Of a stretch of 32,000 nucleotides of DNA, positions 1-7,691 are shown in pieces. Source of the DNA: Gemmata obscuriglobus (GTDB lineage Bacteria > Planctomycetota > Planctomycetia > Gemmatales > Gemmataceae). The stretch's first letter is position 1; each line of letters opens with the position of its first letter. The notes beneath the pieces are model-generated. The model made no database searches, had not been told where the DNA came from, and worked only from the letters and a program-made list of their open reading frames with translations. A program made the translations under genes and the position numbers. Where the stretch lies: contig NZ_CP042911.1 in NCBI RefSeq assembly GCF_008065095.1, positions 7,710,001 through 7,742,000 on the forward strand. The letters run 5' to 3'.

Positions 1-333
1 CGCGAGAGCACCGTGTACGGGGTGATCACGGGAGTGGACTTCGGCGTGACGGGCCCCGAGGCCGATAAGTCAAGGTTTGCGTTGGCGCCCATCAGTGCGG
101 TTGCAACCGACCTGCCGTTCTCGTTCCGAGTGCGGGTCGAGGACGATGCGATCACGATCAAAGACATTAAGGCCGGCCCGTTCGGAACGCCGCTGTTCAT
201 GGAGGCGCTCCGAGGCAAACAAGACGAGGACGATGAACTGCTCTGGCTAACGTCCGTGGTGTGCGGGAAGTACAAGTCGGGCCCGCACCCGGACCGCACC
301 ACCCCGCCGGTTCCGCAATCGAAGAAGAAGTGA
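1..333 (+). CDS. 3' end of a CDS entering from upstream of the window; hypothetical protein
   Basis: Frame 1 is open from nt 1 (RESTVYGVITG...) to TGA 331-333. Third codon positions are G/C-rich. The track entry 13..333 is only an internal GTG. No domain recognised. Confidence 0.5.
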   Translation, partial: RESTVYGVITGVDFGVTGPEADKSRFALAPISAVATDLPFSFRVRVEDDAITIKDIKAGPFGTPLFMEALRGKQDEDDELLWLTSVVCGKYKSGPHPDRTTPPVPQSKKK

Positions 334-472
334 CCGTCCGCCGCGCCCGGCGCCGTCTCTGGAAACGGTGTCGGGCGCGACCGGATCTTCAATCAGATGA
401 TCCGTTCGCCCACGGGAATCGTTCCGGCAACCGCAAACGGAACTCGGCTCCTGACCACGGCGGTCCCCCGCA

Positions 473-1216
473 TCACACCAGGATGTCTTTGTTCTCGAAC
501 TCGCCCTTCATGACCTTGCGGTACACGTGGGCGTTACCGTCCACGATGCCGTGCGCCTCTTTGACCTTCACAAACGACTCGGCCAGTTGCGCCGACTCGT
601 CCCACGCCATCAGCCCGTTCCCCTCCACTTGGCAGAACAGCGAGTGGTCGAAGTCGGCCTTCTCGCTCACCGTACCGTCGTGGATGTGGACCGTCGGGAA
701 GAACAGGACCTTTTTGTCGGCCCGCGGGAACTCGAACGCCATCGGGTGAACCTTACTGAGGTCCTTCTCGGGCTTCTTCAGTTTGAACACGGCGAACCCG
801 AACTCCTTGTACTGCGGCAGTTTCACCCACACGCCCTCGGGCAGCCGGAACTTCTCATCAAGGCGGGCGAAGTCCTTGACCGCCGGAACGAACGAGGCGA
901 TGAAGTCTCCCACTTCCACAACGGGAAGGGCCGCGCCGAGGCCCCCGAGCATCGGCTCCTTTTTCGGCCCACGCCCCTTCTGAATCGGAAAACCCTTCCG
1001 CAGGTCGTCGAAAAACGCTTCGTACTTCTTGAGGCTGATGAACTTCACCGCGTCCTCGGCGCTCCCCTTGGGCGTCGGGATGGGGAGAATCATCGCGAGG
1101 TCGTGCTCGGCCCCGAACTGCATGCTGTACACCAAGAACTGGCGCCCGTCTTTCGAAGCACGGGCGAAGATGTTGGTGTCCGCAACCACGTCGACCGACT
1201 TGGAGAAGCAGCACAT
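473..1216 (-). CDS. Conserved-looking cytoplasmic hypothetical protein (247 aa), N-terminus MCCFSKSVDVV
   Basis: Same frame as track ORF 473..1432. The first 72 codons are an Arg/Gly-rich shadow overlapping the divergent sigma gene, so I start at ATG 1216 (cat at 1214-1216). The composition is globular and there is no signal peptide. It faintly resembles DUF2330-type N-termini (Cys, then ...MILPIPTP). This is unverified. Confidence 0.7.
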   Translation of the reverse strand: MCCFSKSVDVVADTNIFARASKDGRQFLVYSMQFGAEHDLAMILPIPTPKGSAEDAVKFISLKKYEAFFDDLRKGFPIQKGRGPKKEPMLGGLGAALPVVEVGDFIASFVPAVKDFARLDEKFRLPEGVWVKLPQYKEFGFAVFKLKKPEKDLSKVHPMAFEFPRADKKVLFFPTVHIHDGTVSEKADFDHSLFCQVEGNGLMAWDESAQLAESFVKVKEAHGIVDGNAHVYRKVMKGEFENKDILV

Positions 1217-1249
1217 GAGCGAAGCCCTGGGGTGACGAGAGGTATTAGC

Positions 1250-1278
1250 ATTATCGCACACGCGACGGCCGGTGCAAA
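1250..1278 (-). promoter_or_regulatory. Candidate sigma70-type promoter TTTGCA-N17-GATAAT for the 473..1216 gene
   Basis: On the minus strand, the -35 box TTTGCA is plus-strand tgcaaa at 1273-1278. The spacer is 17 nt. The -10 box GATAAT is plus-strand attatc at 1250-1255, about 33 nt upstream of ATG 1216. Confidence 0.3.
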
Positions 1279-1382
1279 TCACCGGGCCGTCCGAAAAGAA
1301 GCGGCCTACTGACCTGCCGCGGCCCGCCCCGCCGCAGTATCGTCCCGCTGTCCTCCCGAGCGAACAGCCGAACCCTGACGTG

Positions 1383-2642
1383 ATGGACCAACCAACCCCA
1401 CCGACCGACGTCCGCACGCGGATCGACGCCATTTACCGCGCCGAGGGCCGGCGCGTGTTCGCCTCGCTGGTCCGACTGGTCCGGGACTTCGATCTGGCCG
1501 AAGAGGCGCTGCACGAAGCGTTCGCGGCGGCCGTCGAGAAGTGGGGCGCGGACGGAATGCCCGATAACCCGCGGGCGTGGCTCGTTTCGACCGGCCGGTT
1601 CAAGGTGATCGACGCGCTGCGCCGGCGCGGGCACCTCACCGCCCTTCACCCCGAGTTGACCCAGCGAGCGGCAGAAGTCGCCGCCGCCAACGCGGTTCGA
1701 GCCAGCGAGGACATCGAAGACGACCGGTTGCGGCTCGTGTTCGCCTGCTGTCACCCGGCCCTCGACCGGAGCGTTCAAGTGCCGCTCACGCTGCGCGAGG
1801 TGTGCGGGCTGACCACCGAGGAGATCGCCGCCGCGTTCCTGACCGCGCCCGCGACTATGGCGCAGCGGCTGGTGCGCGGCAAGGCCAAGATCCGCGACGC
1901 CGGCATCCCCATCACGGTCCCCGAAGCGGACCAACTCGCGGACCGCCTCGGCGCCATGTTGGCGGTCGTGTATCTGGTGTTCAACGAAGGGTACGCCGCC
2001 ACATCCGGCGCCGCGCTCACCCGCCCGGACCTGTCCGGCGAGGCGGTTCGGCTCGGCCGGCTCGTCACCGAACTGCTCCCCGATCCCGAGGCCGTCGGCC
2101 TGCTCGCGCTCATGCTCCTTCAGGAGTCGCGCCGCCCTGCGCGGGCGACGCCGGAGGGGGATGTCGTTCTTCTGGCCGATCAGGACCGATCACTCTGGAA
2201 CGCTGCCCTCATCGCCGAGGGGTTGGAGTTGGTCGGTCGGGCGCTGAACAGCGGCCGCGCCGGGCCGTACACGCTTCAGGCCGCGATCGCTGCGGCGCAC
2301 GCCCGCGCGCGGACGCCCGAAGCGACCGACTGGAACCACATCACGCGGCTCTACGACGCCCTCCGTGCGGCCCACCCGTCGCCGGTGGTGGAACTGAACC
2401 GGGCCGTTGCGGTTGCGATGCGTGACGGCCCGGCGGCCGGGCTCGCGCTGATCGATGCCATCCTCGCACAGGGCGCACTCGGCACATACCACCTGGCCCA
2501 TGCCGCCCGCGCAGACTTGCTCCGCCGGCTCGGCGACCGAGTCGCCGCGCGGGCCGCCTACGAGCGCGCCCTGGCGCTCGTGCGTCAGGAACCCGAGCGC
2601 CGGTTCCTGATGAGCCGGCTGGCGCAGCTCGAACGGTTCTGA
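1383..2642 (+). CDS. ECF sigma factor with long C-terminal helical/TPR-like extension (ECF42-type, COG4941-like)
   Basis: Sigma2-like region: IYRAEGRRVFASLVRLVRDFDLAEEALHEAFAAAVEKW...PRAWLVSTGRFKVIDALRR. Sigma4-like HTH: VPLTLREVCGLTTEEIAAAFLTAPATMAQRLVRGKAKI. About 200 further residues follow, ending in AARADLLRRLGDRVAARAAYERAL. A DGPF gene lies immediately downstream. I chose the start at ATG 1383 (MDQPTPP) rather than the track start at 1272. Confidence 0.9.
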   Translation: MDQPTPPTDVRTRIDAIYRAEGRRVFASLVRLVRDFDLAEEALHEAFAAAVEKWGADGMPDNPRAWLVSTGRFKVIDALRRRGHLTALHPELTQRAAEVAAANAVRASEDIEDDRLRLVFACCHPALDRSVQVPLTLREVCGLTTEEIAAAFLTAPATMAQRLVRGKAKIRDAGIPITVPEADQLADRLGAMLAVVYLVFNEGYAATSGAALTRPDLSGEAVRLGRLVTELLPDPEAVGLLALMLLQESRRPARATPEGDVVLLADQDRSLWNAALIAEGLELVGRALNSGRAGPYTLQAAIAAAHARARTPEATDWNHITRLYDALRAAHPSPVVELNRAVAVAMRDGPAAGLALIDAILAQGALGTYHLAHAARADLLRRLGDRVAARAAYERALALVRQEPERRFLMSRLAQLERF

Positions 2643-2693
2643 CGACCGCTCGCACAGCCCCGGGGCTCGGGCCGAACGGAATTTCTGCGTCAC

Positions 2694-2720
2694 TGTCGAT
2701 TCGGCCCCGGCCCACTCGAC
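2694..2720 (+). promoter_or_regulatory. Candidate ECF-type promoter TGTCGATTCGG-N11-TCGAC upstream of the DGPF gene
   Basis: TGTCGA lies at 2694-2699 and TCGAC at 2716-2720, 50 nt before ATG 2770. The same motif with identical spacing recurs at 3538-3564. Confidence 0.4.
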
Positions 2721-2769
2721 TACCGAACGACGAACGCGGACGAGCCGCTTTCGCTCACCGAGAACGCGA

Positions 2770-3525
2770 ATGAAGTACATGCTGCTCGTGTACGGAGCCG
2801 AGGACGCCTGGACCGACGCCGAGCGGACGGCCTGCGTCAAAGCGTCACTCGTACTGTGTGACGAACTCGCCGCCCAAGGACGATATCTTGATGCCGCGCC
2901 GCTGCAACCGGCCGCGACGGCCGTTACGGTGCGGGTCCGCGGCGGCGACGTGCTCGTCACCGACGGCCCGTTCGCGGAAACCACCGAGCAACTCGGCGGC
3001 TACTTCGTGCTCGATCTTCCCGACCTGGATGAGGCGATTGCGGTCGCGTCCCGGTTACCCGGGATCGCCCGCAGCACGGTCGAAATACGCCCGTTGCTCG
3101 CGCTCGACGGGCTCCCGCCCTCACAACCGGCCGCGGCGGCGACCGGAACGGGACGCGCGCCGTTCATGCTGCTCAGCCACGACGACGAAGCCGCGTGGCG
3201 CGCGGCCGGTCCCGAAGCCATGACCGCCGCGATGAGTGAAGCGGCGGCGCTGTGCCGGGAACTGAGTGCCGCGGGCGCGTACCTGAGTGCGTCGCCGCTC
3301 CACCCGTCGGACACGGCGACGTGCGTGCGGGTGCGCGACGGCCGGCGCACCGTCACCGACGGCCCGTTCACCGAAGCGCGCGAGGTGCTCGGCGGATACT
3401 ACCTGGTGCTGGCCGAATCCGCGTCGGATGCCGCGGCCATCGCCGCCCGGCACCCGGGCCTGCGTTTCGGGACGGTTGAAGTGCGCCCGGTGGTTGACCT
3501 GTCGAGTCTGCGAAACAGCATGTGA
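2770..3525 (+). CDS. Tandem (double) YCII/DGPF-domain protein
   Basis: There are two complete repeats. Repeat 1: MKYMLLVYG...VTDGPFAETTEQLGGYFVLDLPDLDEAIAVASRLP...VEIRPL. Repeat 2: FMLLSHDD...VTDGPFTEAREVLGGYYLVLAESASDAAAIAARHP...VEVRPV. Each carries the literal DGPF motif. Confidence 0.9.
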   Translation: MKYMLLVYGAEDAWTDAERTACVKASLVLCDELAAQGRYLDAAPLQPAATAVTVRVRGGDVLVTDGPFAETTEQLGGYFVLDLPDLDEAIAVASRLPGIARSTVEIRPLLALDGLPPSQPAAAATGTGRAPFMLLSHDDEAAWRAAGPEAMTAAMSEAAALCRELSAAGAYLSASPLHPSDTATCVRVRDGRRTVTDGPFTEAREVLGGYYLVLAESASDAAAIAARHPGLRFGTVEVRPVVDLSSLRNSM

Positions 3526-3537
3526 AAAAACACCCGG

Positions 3538-3564
3538 TGTCGATTCGGGGCGCCCCCGATCGAC
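3538..3564 (+). promoter_or_regulatory. Second copy of TGTCGATTCGG-N11-TCGAC, upstream of the secreted-protein gene
   Basis: TGTCGA lies at 3538-3543 and TCGAC at 3560-3564, 77 nt before ATG 3641. The first 11 nt, the spacing and the TCGAC box are identical to the 2694-2720 copy. Confidence 0.4.
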
Positions 3565-3640
3565 CACTGGAGTGATGCAGGAAAACGGTCCCGCCCGGCG
3601 CGGGGCCGCGGTTCGCCCCTCCCCCTCAGCGGAGTTCGGT

Positions 3641-4171
3641 ATGTTGCAACGGATGTTGACCTGCGGTCTGCTGGTAATCGCCCTCGGCACCGGCGCCCGC
3701 GGCGCGGACGCGCCGGCCAAGGCCGCAACGACTCACCCCGGCCTGGAGAAGCTCAAGGCGCTGGCCGGCACCTGGGTCGAGGCCGACAAGGACGGCAAGC
3801 CGACGGACAAGGTGGTGTCGGTCATCAAGGTGACTGCCGGCGGCAGCGCGGTGCAGGAAACCACGTTCCCGGGTCAACCGCAGGAGATGGTGTCCGTGTA
3901 CCACCTCGACGGCGGCGACCTGGTGATGACGCACTACTGCGTGCTCGGCAACCAGCCGCGGATGAAGGCCGACCCGAAGTCGCCGACCAACCAGATCAAG
4001 TTCAAGTTCGCCGGCGGTAGCAACCTGGACCCGGCCAAGGACATGCACATGCACGAAGCGACGCTCACCTTCGTGGACGCCGACCACGTGGAGCTCTCCG
4101 GCGTCGCCTGGGTGAACGGCAAGCCGGCCGAAGACCACTGCGGCTGCATGAAACTGGTGCGCAAGAAGTAA
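3641..4171 (+). CDS. Secreted small protein (176 aa), lipocalin-like size, motif THYCVLGNQPRM
   Basis: ATG 3641 is preceded by GGAG at 3631-3634. Signal peptide: MLQRMLTCGLLVIALGTGARGADA. The track ORF 3287..4171 upstream part is an Arg-rich shadow of the DGPF gene 3' end. Confidence 0.75.
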   Translation: MLQRMLTCGLLVIALGTGARGADAPAKAATTHPGLEKLKALAGTWVEADKDGKPTDKVVSVIKVTAGGSAVQETTFPGQPQEMVSVYHLDGGDLVMTHYCVLGNQPRMKADPKSPTNQIKFKFAGGSNLDPAKDMHMHEATLTFVDADHVELSGVAWVNGKPAEDHCGCMKLVRKK

Positions 4172-4207
4172 GCTCGCCCACCACAATCTGCTCTCCGTAA
4201 GTCGTCT

Positions 4208-4243
4208 CGCGTCCCCGGGCTCCCTCCCGGGGACGCGCTTTTC
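4208..4243 (+). terminator. Rho-independent terminator
   Basis: An 11-bp GC stem pairs cgcgtccccgg (4208-4218) with ccggggacgcg (4227-4237) around an 8-nt loop, followed by cTTTTcc. It lies 37 nt after stop 4171. Confidence 0.7.
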
Positions 4244-4271
4244 CCCCTCACCGGTCACGGTCCGATTATTC

Positions 4272-4315
4272 GTGTCTGCTTTGGTTGTTGTCTTCGTGGC
4301 ACAGGCATGGATCTG
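4272..4315 (+). repeat. Family B repeat, half copy (left flank plus left arm only)
   Basis: gtgtctgctttggttgttgtcttcgtggcacaggcatggatctg aligns with the B3 left half gtgtctgttttggctgttgtctttgtggcacgggcatccctgtg. Confidence 0.6.
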
Positions 4316-4690
4316 GAGTTGTCACGGCGGTTGGGCGGCGCACGAGTTTCCGCTCAATGGTTTGTGCTGCCAACCCATTGAGCGGAGTTCGCCATGCGCC
4401 GTTTCCAATGTACCCCATACGCGGTGCGAAGCAGACGCACCTGAGTGGGTGCGCGCTCCGACGTGCTGCACTGGACCGGCGGTCCGTCGGTGCCCCGGGT
4501 AGCCGCCGTGGGCCGATCCCGGTTCGAGGCCGAGACCTCGTATCGGCAACGGGGCGTGTGCGTGTGCCTGGCCTGTACCACCCGCGACGACCCGGCGTAC
4601 TGGTTGCTCAGCGCCCGCACAGACGGCGAGCGCGTTATGCGAATCGCGGGCGCGCTCACGCTCGCGCGTCCGGCTCGTAAAACGAGCCCC

Positions 4691-5788
4691 ATGAAAATCA
4701 CCCGCCTCTCCACTGACCGCCTGCGCGTTCCGTTCGGGAAACCGTCCCGGGTCTCGCTCACCGACCCGAAGCCGGCCGCGCCCGACGCGGTCGAACTCGT
4801 CCTCGTTCACCTCGAAACCGACGCCGGCGTCAGCGGGCTGGGGTTCACCTACCTGCTCGGCGCGGGTGCCGCGGCGCTGCGGTCGCTGATCGACACCGAA
4901 CTGGCGCCGATCGTACTCAACGAGGACCCGCGCGACACGGACCGCCTCTTCGCCCGCGCCGAAGCGCGGTTCCGGGCCGCCGGGTTCGGCGGGCTCGCGG
5001 CGCGGGCGTACTCCGCGATCGACACCGCCCTCTGGGACGCGAAGGCCAAGGCCGCCAACGTTCCGCTGGCGAAACTGCTGGGCAACGCGAAGCCGGGGGC
5101 GGCGTTCGTGGTGTCCGACGCCGCAACGGTCGGGCGCGACCCGGCCGAGGCGCTGAAGGCGCTCAAGCCGCACCTGAAGCACGGCGCGATGGGCGTGCGC
5201 ATCGAGATCGGCGGCGGCGACGTGCAGGCCGACGCCGAGCGGGTGCGCGAGATCCAGGGCGGCCTGGGCGAAAACGGCTGGGTTGCCGTGACCGCCGAGT
5301 GCCGGTTCGACCTGAGCACCGCGCTGGCGCTCACGCACTTCTTCGAGGACGTGGGCGTCGACGTGTTCGAGGACCCCATCCCGACCGCCGACGCGCCCGG
5401 CTACGAGAAGCTCGCCCGGATCGCGGAAGTGCCCATCGCGGTCGGCTCGACGTTCGACACCCGCGAGGCGTTCTTCCAGGTGATCCGCGCGGGCACCGTG
5501 CGGACCGTTCGCCCGGACGTGTGTCGGCTCGGCGGCATCACCCCGCTGCTGAAGGTGGCGGCGGTGGCGGAGGCGTACCACGTCGCGGTGTCGCCGGTGC
5601 GGATGACCGAGGTGGGCGTTCACCTGGCGTGCGGGCTGGCGTCGGTGCCGCACGTGGACTGCGTGTCGTGGTTCCGCGACGTGTTCACCGGCGGCCCCGG
5701 CTTCGAGGCCGGGAAGATGGTCCCGCACGCCGTCCCGGGCCTGGGGCTCACGCTCAACGAAGAGTCCGCGGCCAAATACCGCGCGTGA
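4691..5788 (+). CDS. Enolase-superfamily (mandelate racemase / muconate lactonizing enzyme-like) protein with divergent active-site motifs
   Basis: MKITRLSTDRLRVPFGKP...AYSAIDTALWDAKAKAANVPLAKLLG...FEDPIP...RPDVCRLGGITP is the typical MR/MLE capping plus TIM-barrel pattern. I chose the start at ATG 4691. An in-frame ATG at 4637 is an alternative. Confidence 0.85.
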   Translation: MKITRLSTDRLRVPFGKPSRVSLTDPKPAAPDAVELVLVHLETDAGVSGLGFTYLLGAGAAALRSLIDTELAPIVLNEDPRDTDRLFARAEARFRAAGFGGLAARAYSAIDTALWDAKAKAANVPLAKLLGNAKPGAAFVVSDAATVGRDPAEALKALKPHLKHGAMGVRIEIGGGDVQADAERVREIQGGLGENGWVAVTAECRFDLSTALALTHFFEDVGVDVFEDPIPTADAPGYEKLARIAEVPIAVGSTFDTREAFFQVIRAGTVRTVRPDVCRLGGITPLLKVAAVAEAYHVAVSPVRMTEVGVHLACGLASVPHVDCVSWFRDVFTGGPGFEAGKMVPHAVPGLGLTLNEESAAKYRA

Positions 5789-5816
5789 CGCCTCCGGTAC
5801 GGTGCCGGTCGGCCGT

Positions 5817-5958
5817 GTGGGTTTCGTGTATGAAGGCAGTTTTTGACAGGATCGACAGGATTTACCGGATAAAGACCGATCGAGTTGAAATCCTGTTTAT
5901 CCTGTCGATCCTGTCAAAAATTGCCTTCCCATTCACCGCGATTGAGTGCCACATTGCC
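5817..5958 (+). repeat. Family A repeat, copy A1 (about 142 bp; palindromic core 5840-5920)
   Basis: The core is TTTTGACAGGATCGACAGGAT...ATCCTGTCGATCCTGTCAAAA, with 21-bp perfect arms at 5841-5861 and 5899-5919. Near-identical copies lie at 8667-8802 (reverse) and 30838-30978. Confidence 0.85.
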
Positions 5959-6083
5959 CTTGCCGGACTGGCCGAACACGAGCGGTTTCGCTAATTGCCC
6001 AATTCACCTCCGCCCGGCGCGGCCGGTCGCGCTTCACCCACCGCCTTCCGCCCGCCATACTGGACGCAACCCGAGGGCGGCCG

Positions 6084-6716
6084 ATGACCGAAGCCGAATG
6101 GCTGGCGTGCACCGATCCGAAGCCGATGCTGGAGTTCCTACGAGGACAGGTGAGCGACCGGAAGTTGAGGCTCTTTGCCTGCGGATGTTGCCGTCGTTTA
6201 CTGCATCTGATGCCTGATAAGAGAAGTCGAACCGCGCTGGAAGTCGCGGAACGGGTTGCCGATGGTTTGGTGTCGGGGCCGGCCGAACGAGAGGCGGCGT
6301 GGCAGGTTCGTCTCGGGCTACCCCATGACCACACCGGCTGGGCGTTGCAACCGGATGCTCTAGTTGCGGCAAGGAGTGGGGCGAAGCATTTGGCGGATGC
6401 GGTGCGGATGCAACAGAAGCCCCTCAGACGACACGAGGCATGGCTGAAGGAACTCGGTTCGCAAGCCCTCCTCATCCGCTGCGTCTTCGGCAACCCCTTC
6501 CGCCCCGTAACCGCCGAACCCGGTTGGCTCACGTCCGATGTCGTCGCCCTCGCCACCGGCATCTACGCCGAGCGTGCCTTCGACCGCCTGCCGATCCTGG
6601 CCGATGCCCTCCAGGACGCCGGGTGCAGCCGCGACGACGTGCTGAACCACCTCCGCGGCGACGGCCCGCATGTACTTGGCTGCTGGGCGCTGGATTTGGT
6701 GCTCGGGAAGTCGTAA
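6084..6716 (+). CDS. Hypothetical protein (210 aa), N-terminal MTEAEWLACTDPKPMLEFL...CGCCRR motif
   Basis: ATG 6084. The N- and C-terminal motifs (RCVFGNPFRPV, LPILADALQDAGC...HLRGDGPHVLGCWALDLVLGK) recur in multicopy hypothetical proteins of planctomycetes and myxobacteria, as I recall them. No function is known. Confidence 0.7.
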   Translation: MTEAEWLACTDPKPMLEFLRGQVSDRKLRLFACGCCRRLLHLMPDKRSRTALEVAERVADGLVSGPAEREAAWQVRLGLPHDHTGWALQPDALVAARSGAKHLADAVRMQQKPLRRHEAWLKELGSQALLIRCVFGNPFRPVTAEPGWLTSDVVALATGIYAERAFDRLPILADALQDAGCSRDDVLNHLRGDGPHVLGCWALDLVLGKS

Positions 6717-6789
6717 CGCTCAAACGGGTAGTGCCGAGAGTTGGAAATATACCCCCAACACCTGTCCTGGTAATTGATGAATTCGCCTC

Positions 6790-7152
6790 TCACTTGCTGC
6801 TGGCAGGGACGGGCGACTTGTCAGGCGGGGTGGGCTGATCTGGTGCAGGTCGGATGCTTGCGGACCGCCCCAACCAGAGGACGTAGGGAAGCGTTAGGGT
6901 ATCCCCAACAGCAGATAAGGGCAGGTCAAGAACAAGGAGGCTGGCAACTCGGAAGCGGTCCCAAGCGGTTTCGTGGGGCGAAGGGCTGACCGCCAATCTC
7001 TTCACCTCACCCGCTTCGGCCCTCACCCCGCCGTAGACACGCTGCCCTCCCTCGCTCGGTATCCACCAGACGGTGTTGCAAAACGTGCCGCAACCGCTCG
7101 CCAGCGTCAGGAGGGGCAGCATGAGGAGAACAGCGACGAACCTTCGCATCAT
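6790..7152 (-). CDS. YceK/YidQ-like (DUF1375) lipoprotein
   Basis: Start MMRRFVAVLLMLPLLTLASGCG (lipobox LASGC), with GGAGAG upstream. VYGGVRAE and VLDLPLSAVGDTLTLPYV parallel E. coli YceK YPGVQWD and ILDLPFSLVFDTLLLP. Confidence 0.75.
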   Translation of the reverse strand: MMRRFVAVLLMLPLLTLASGCGTFCNTVWWIPSEGGQRVYGGVRAEAGEVKRLAVSPSPHETAWDRFRVASLLVLDLPLSAVGDTLTLPYVLWLGRSASIRPAPDQPTPPDKSPVPASSK

Positions 7153-7325
7153 CTCGCTCTCCAGTCCTGCGGTCGTCAGGGGGCCATAACTGGCGGGCTT
7201 GTAGGATGCAAGGGAAGCTGTGCACCCGCGCGCTCCAGAGGAACCTGTTCCGGTAATCAGACAATTCACCCCTTGGTCCGGCACATTTCTTTTGCATATG
7301 GCAAATGCCGTTGAAGGAGTTCTGT

Positions 7326-7691
7326 ATGAGACCGATACGTTTGCTCACTGTAGCCGTGATTGCTTCCGTCATGTTGGGTTGTGGTGAGCCGCAAAAATAC
7401 ACGGATGGAAAAGACACCGTGGACAGCTTCGGAGACGGAACATGGACGATTGCCAAAACTGGAGGAGGGCCGGATAATCCCCGGAAGCTGCACCTGTATA
7501 GCCGAGAGACGCAAGAACATCTTTCGGATGATCTGGCAAGCTGGAAGCGAAGCCATGATTGGGTTTACGCCCTCGACGCCAGCGGTGAATACATCATCCT
7601 GAACTACCGCACAAGCGAGAGCGGCAAGTACCGGCGTGTTGAGGATGCTCCTCCTGAACACCAACTGACGCTCCGAAGCCTTCGACGCTAG
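7326..7691 (+). CDS. Small lipoprotein, hypothetical (121 aa), low-GC gene
   Basis: GAAGGAG at 7313-7319 lies 6 nt before ATG 7326. MRPIRLLTVAVIASVMLGCG carries lipobox MLGC. Hand-counted lines give about 52-55% G+C. Confidence 0.65.
   Translation: MRPIRLLTVAVIASVMLGCGEPQKYTDGKDTVDSFGDGTWTIAKTGGGPDNPRKLHLYSRETQEHLSDDLASWKRSHDWVYALDASGEYIILNYRTSESGKYRRVEDAPPEHQLTLRSLRR

Noticed and set aside
3287-3640. Long N-terminal extensions offered by the track for several genes: 3287 for the secreted protein, 1272 for the sigma factor, 4445 for the enolase-like gene, 10930 for the ABC ATPase, and 1432 for the 473 gene.
   Set aside because: The extensions overlap neighbouring genes or intergenic repeats and are Arg/Pro-rich. 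They also precede obvious native N-termini such as a signal peptide, MKITRL or MEPPAIRTEGL. I used the internal starts, which have plausible RBSs.
4511-4545. A tRNA-like T-arm string, ggttcgaggcc.
   Set aside because: The flanking bases do not form a T-stem (cccgg against ccgag). I could build no acceptor or anticodon arms, and I found no tRNA anywhere in the window.
4322-5728. A 468-aa minus-strand ORF opposite the enolase-superfamily gene.
   Set aside because: It is a shadow ORF with no motifs and an extreme Arg/Gly/His composition. The plus frame carries the MR/MLE signature.
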